DNA of 64,000 bases, taken from the NCBI RefSeq assembly GCF_006345805.1, contig NC_043002.1, forward strand, positions 85,746,001 through 85,810,000. The letters are read 5' to 3'. Position numbers and translations under genes: made by a program. The notes below the pieces were generated by a model, which made no database searches, was not told the origin of the DNA, and saw only the letters and a list, made by a program, of their open reading frames with translations. The DNA comes from Octopus sinensis (Eukaryota). This document shows positions 62,531 to 64,000 of this stretch, one piece after another. How positions within the stretch are numbered: the stretch's first letter is position 1; each line of letters starts with the position of its first letter.

Positions 62531-62655
62531 CATCTATTTTGATTTGTTATAGTTATAACTTAAAAATATACATAAATATATGTACACTGTGTATTTCTAT
62601 CTATCTGTATATATATTTATATGTATATGTATATGTATAATTATATATTTATATA

Positions 62656-62696
<41 letters not shown>

Positions 62697-62743
62697 TTAA
62701 AATTACTAAGTCTCTCTAAAGGAGATTACGGCAGCGTTACTGG

Positions 62744-62925
62744 ATATTAATAGTTATCGCCAACTAATATGGCAGTCCATAAATATAAGACTAAAGCTGT
62801 CACTGATTAGCTTCAAGCAGGTTCGTGTGTCATATAGCTAGCTAGAGGCGATGGCCTCTTGGAGCTAATCAGCGACAGTTTTAGTCTTATATTTATGGAC
62901 TGCCATATTAGTTTGGCGATAACTA

Positions 62926-62932
<7 letters not shown>
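62744..62932. repeat. Near-perfect ~74-bp inverted repeat (MITE-like) in TA context
   Basis: Arms 62744-62817 and 62858-62932 differ by about 3 substitutions and 1 indel. Confidence 0.9.
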
Positions 62933-62963
<31 letters not shown>

Positions 62964-63039
62964 TACATATATATAATATATATGTAAATAATTGTGTAGA
63001 TATGTTTGGTTGCTGGTTGTGTGGTTTGTTGCTGGTTCA

Positions 63040-63230
63040 TTAGAGGAACCAGCCCCTAGAGTTCCCAGCAATATAATTGCTAGTGCAATTAAGGATATAA
63101 AACCAGGAAAAGCTGCTATGCTGTCTGGTATAATCATTGAGATGTTGAGAATATCTGATAAGGCAGATTGTGCACTAGTCACTCACACAATCAATCATGT
63201 AGCATAGGGAAATAATCCATTAAATGATTA
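63040..63230 (+). pseudogene. RTE-clade LINE fragment
   Basis: EEPAPRVPSNIIASAIKDIKPGKAAMLSGIIIEMLRIS...LVTHTINHV matches the GKA.GP.GI..EMLK region upstream of the RT domain. Confidence 0.72.
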
Positions 63231-63252
63231 TCATAGTAATGTCATCATCATT

Positions 63253-63622
63253 GGCACAGATGAGGGGCTGTGTTTACTTGCCAACCACAAAAAGTTCTGG
63301 GTTCAGTTCTACTGTGTGTCACTTTGGACAAGTGGCTTCTGCAATAGCTCCAGGCCAACCAAAGCCTTGTGAGTATTTGGAAACTGAAAGAAGCTTTTCA
63401 TGTGTGTATGTGTATGTGTTTGTTGCCACCACCACTTGGCAACCAGTGTTGGTTTGTTTATATCCACATAACTTAGCAGTTCAGCAAAAGAAACTGATAG
63501 AATAAGTATCAGGTTTTAAAGAAAAAAATAGTGCTGGAATCAATTCATTTGATTAAAAAATCCTTTGAAGCAGTGCTCCAGTATGGCCACAGTCCAATGA
63601 CTGAAACAACTGAAAGATAAAA
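63253..63622 (+). mobile_element. SINE family B, diverged
   Basis: CORE-like segment and tail. Confidence 0.72.
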
Positions 63623-64000
63623 GGAGATCAGCTGCTACAAGAGCAAAGAAGATGCTCTAGAACCCAGGTTCTCAATGTAGGTGGTACCACCTATTAAAGG
63701 GATACTGGACATATAGAAGCAGGTGTGTTAAGCTTTGGGAGGTGGTGAGGTAACATAATTAGCATAAATATATTTTACCTATAGTTGTAATTATATTATA
63801 CATGATAAAACTAGTGATGGTTATTAAAATAAAATGAGACCTAATCAGGTATAGGCAAGTGATTAACTTACAATGTTTGAGGTCAATTTCCAGCTTTTGT
63901 CTTTATTAATTTTTAAAATCAATTCACTGTTAAAAGCTTAAACAATACATTTTAGAGTAAGATTTATAAATTATCATCCATATTAAGTTAATTTATTCAT

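Noticed and set aside
63655-63800. Possible hAT MITE end resembling 19414
   Set aside because: Only a weak left-end similarity, and I found no partner TIR or TSD before the window ends.

Overview
This is AT-rich, repeat-saturated eukaryotic genomic DNA. I recognise the SINE, microsatellite and Dong/R4 repeat complement as Octopus-like, but the species was not verified. One protein-coding gene is supported: an SLC22 / organic cation transporter-like MFS gene on the + strand. I reconstructed six coding exons by hand (17194-17640, 24681-24911, 31391-31587, 45076-45312, 50578-50712, 61791-61876; 1333 nt, about 444 codons). All junctions are GT-AG with consistent phases, and the gene continues past the window end. 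Most ORFs in the supplied track are microsatellite or repeat artefacts. The rest of the window is mobile DNA: several tRNA-derived SINE families, decayed Tc1/mariner and hAT transposases, RTE, CR1-like and Dong/R4 LINE fragments, piggyBac-, hAT- and Merlin-like MITEs with visible TSDs, long foldback elements and microsatellites. The most interesting signals are: (1) a tRNA-headed SINE-like element whose two partial copies together rebuild a minimal hammerhead ribozyme; (2) an (AAT)n-targeted community of Dong/R4 fragments plus an orphan ~560-bp non-coding element; (3) a young SINE subfamily whose TSDs start with G(G/A)TA; (4) long dsRNA-forming structures in the transporter introns. Repeat family names A-E are my own labels, and repeat boundaries are approximate unless a TSD is quoted.
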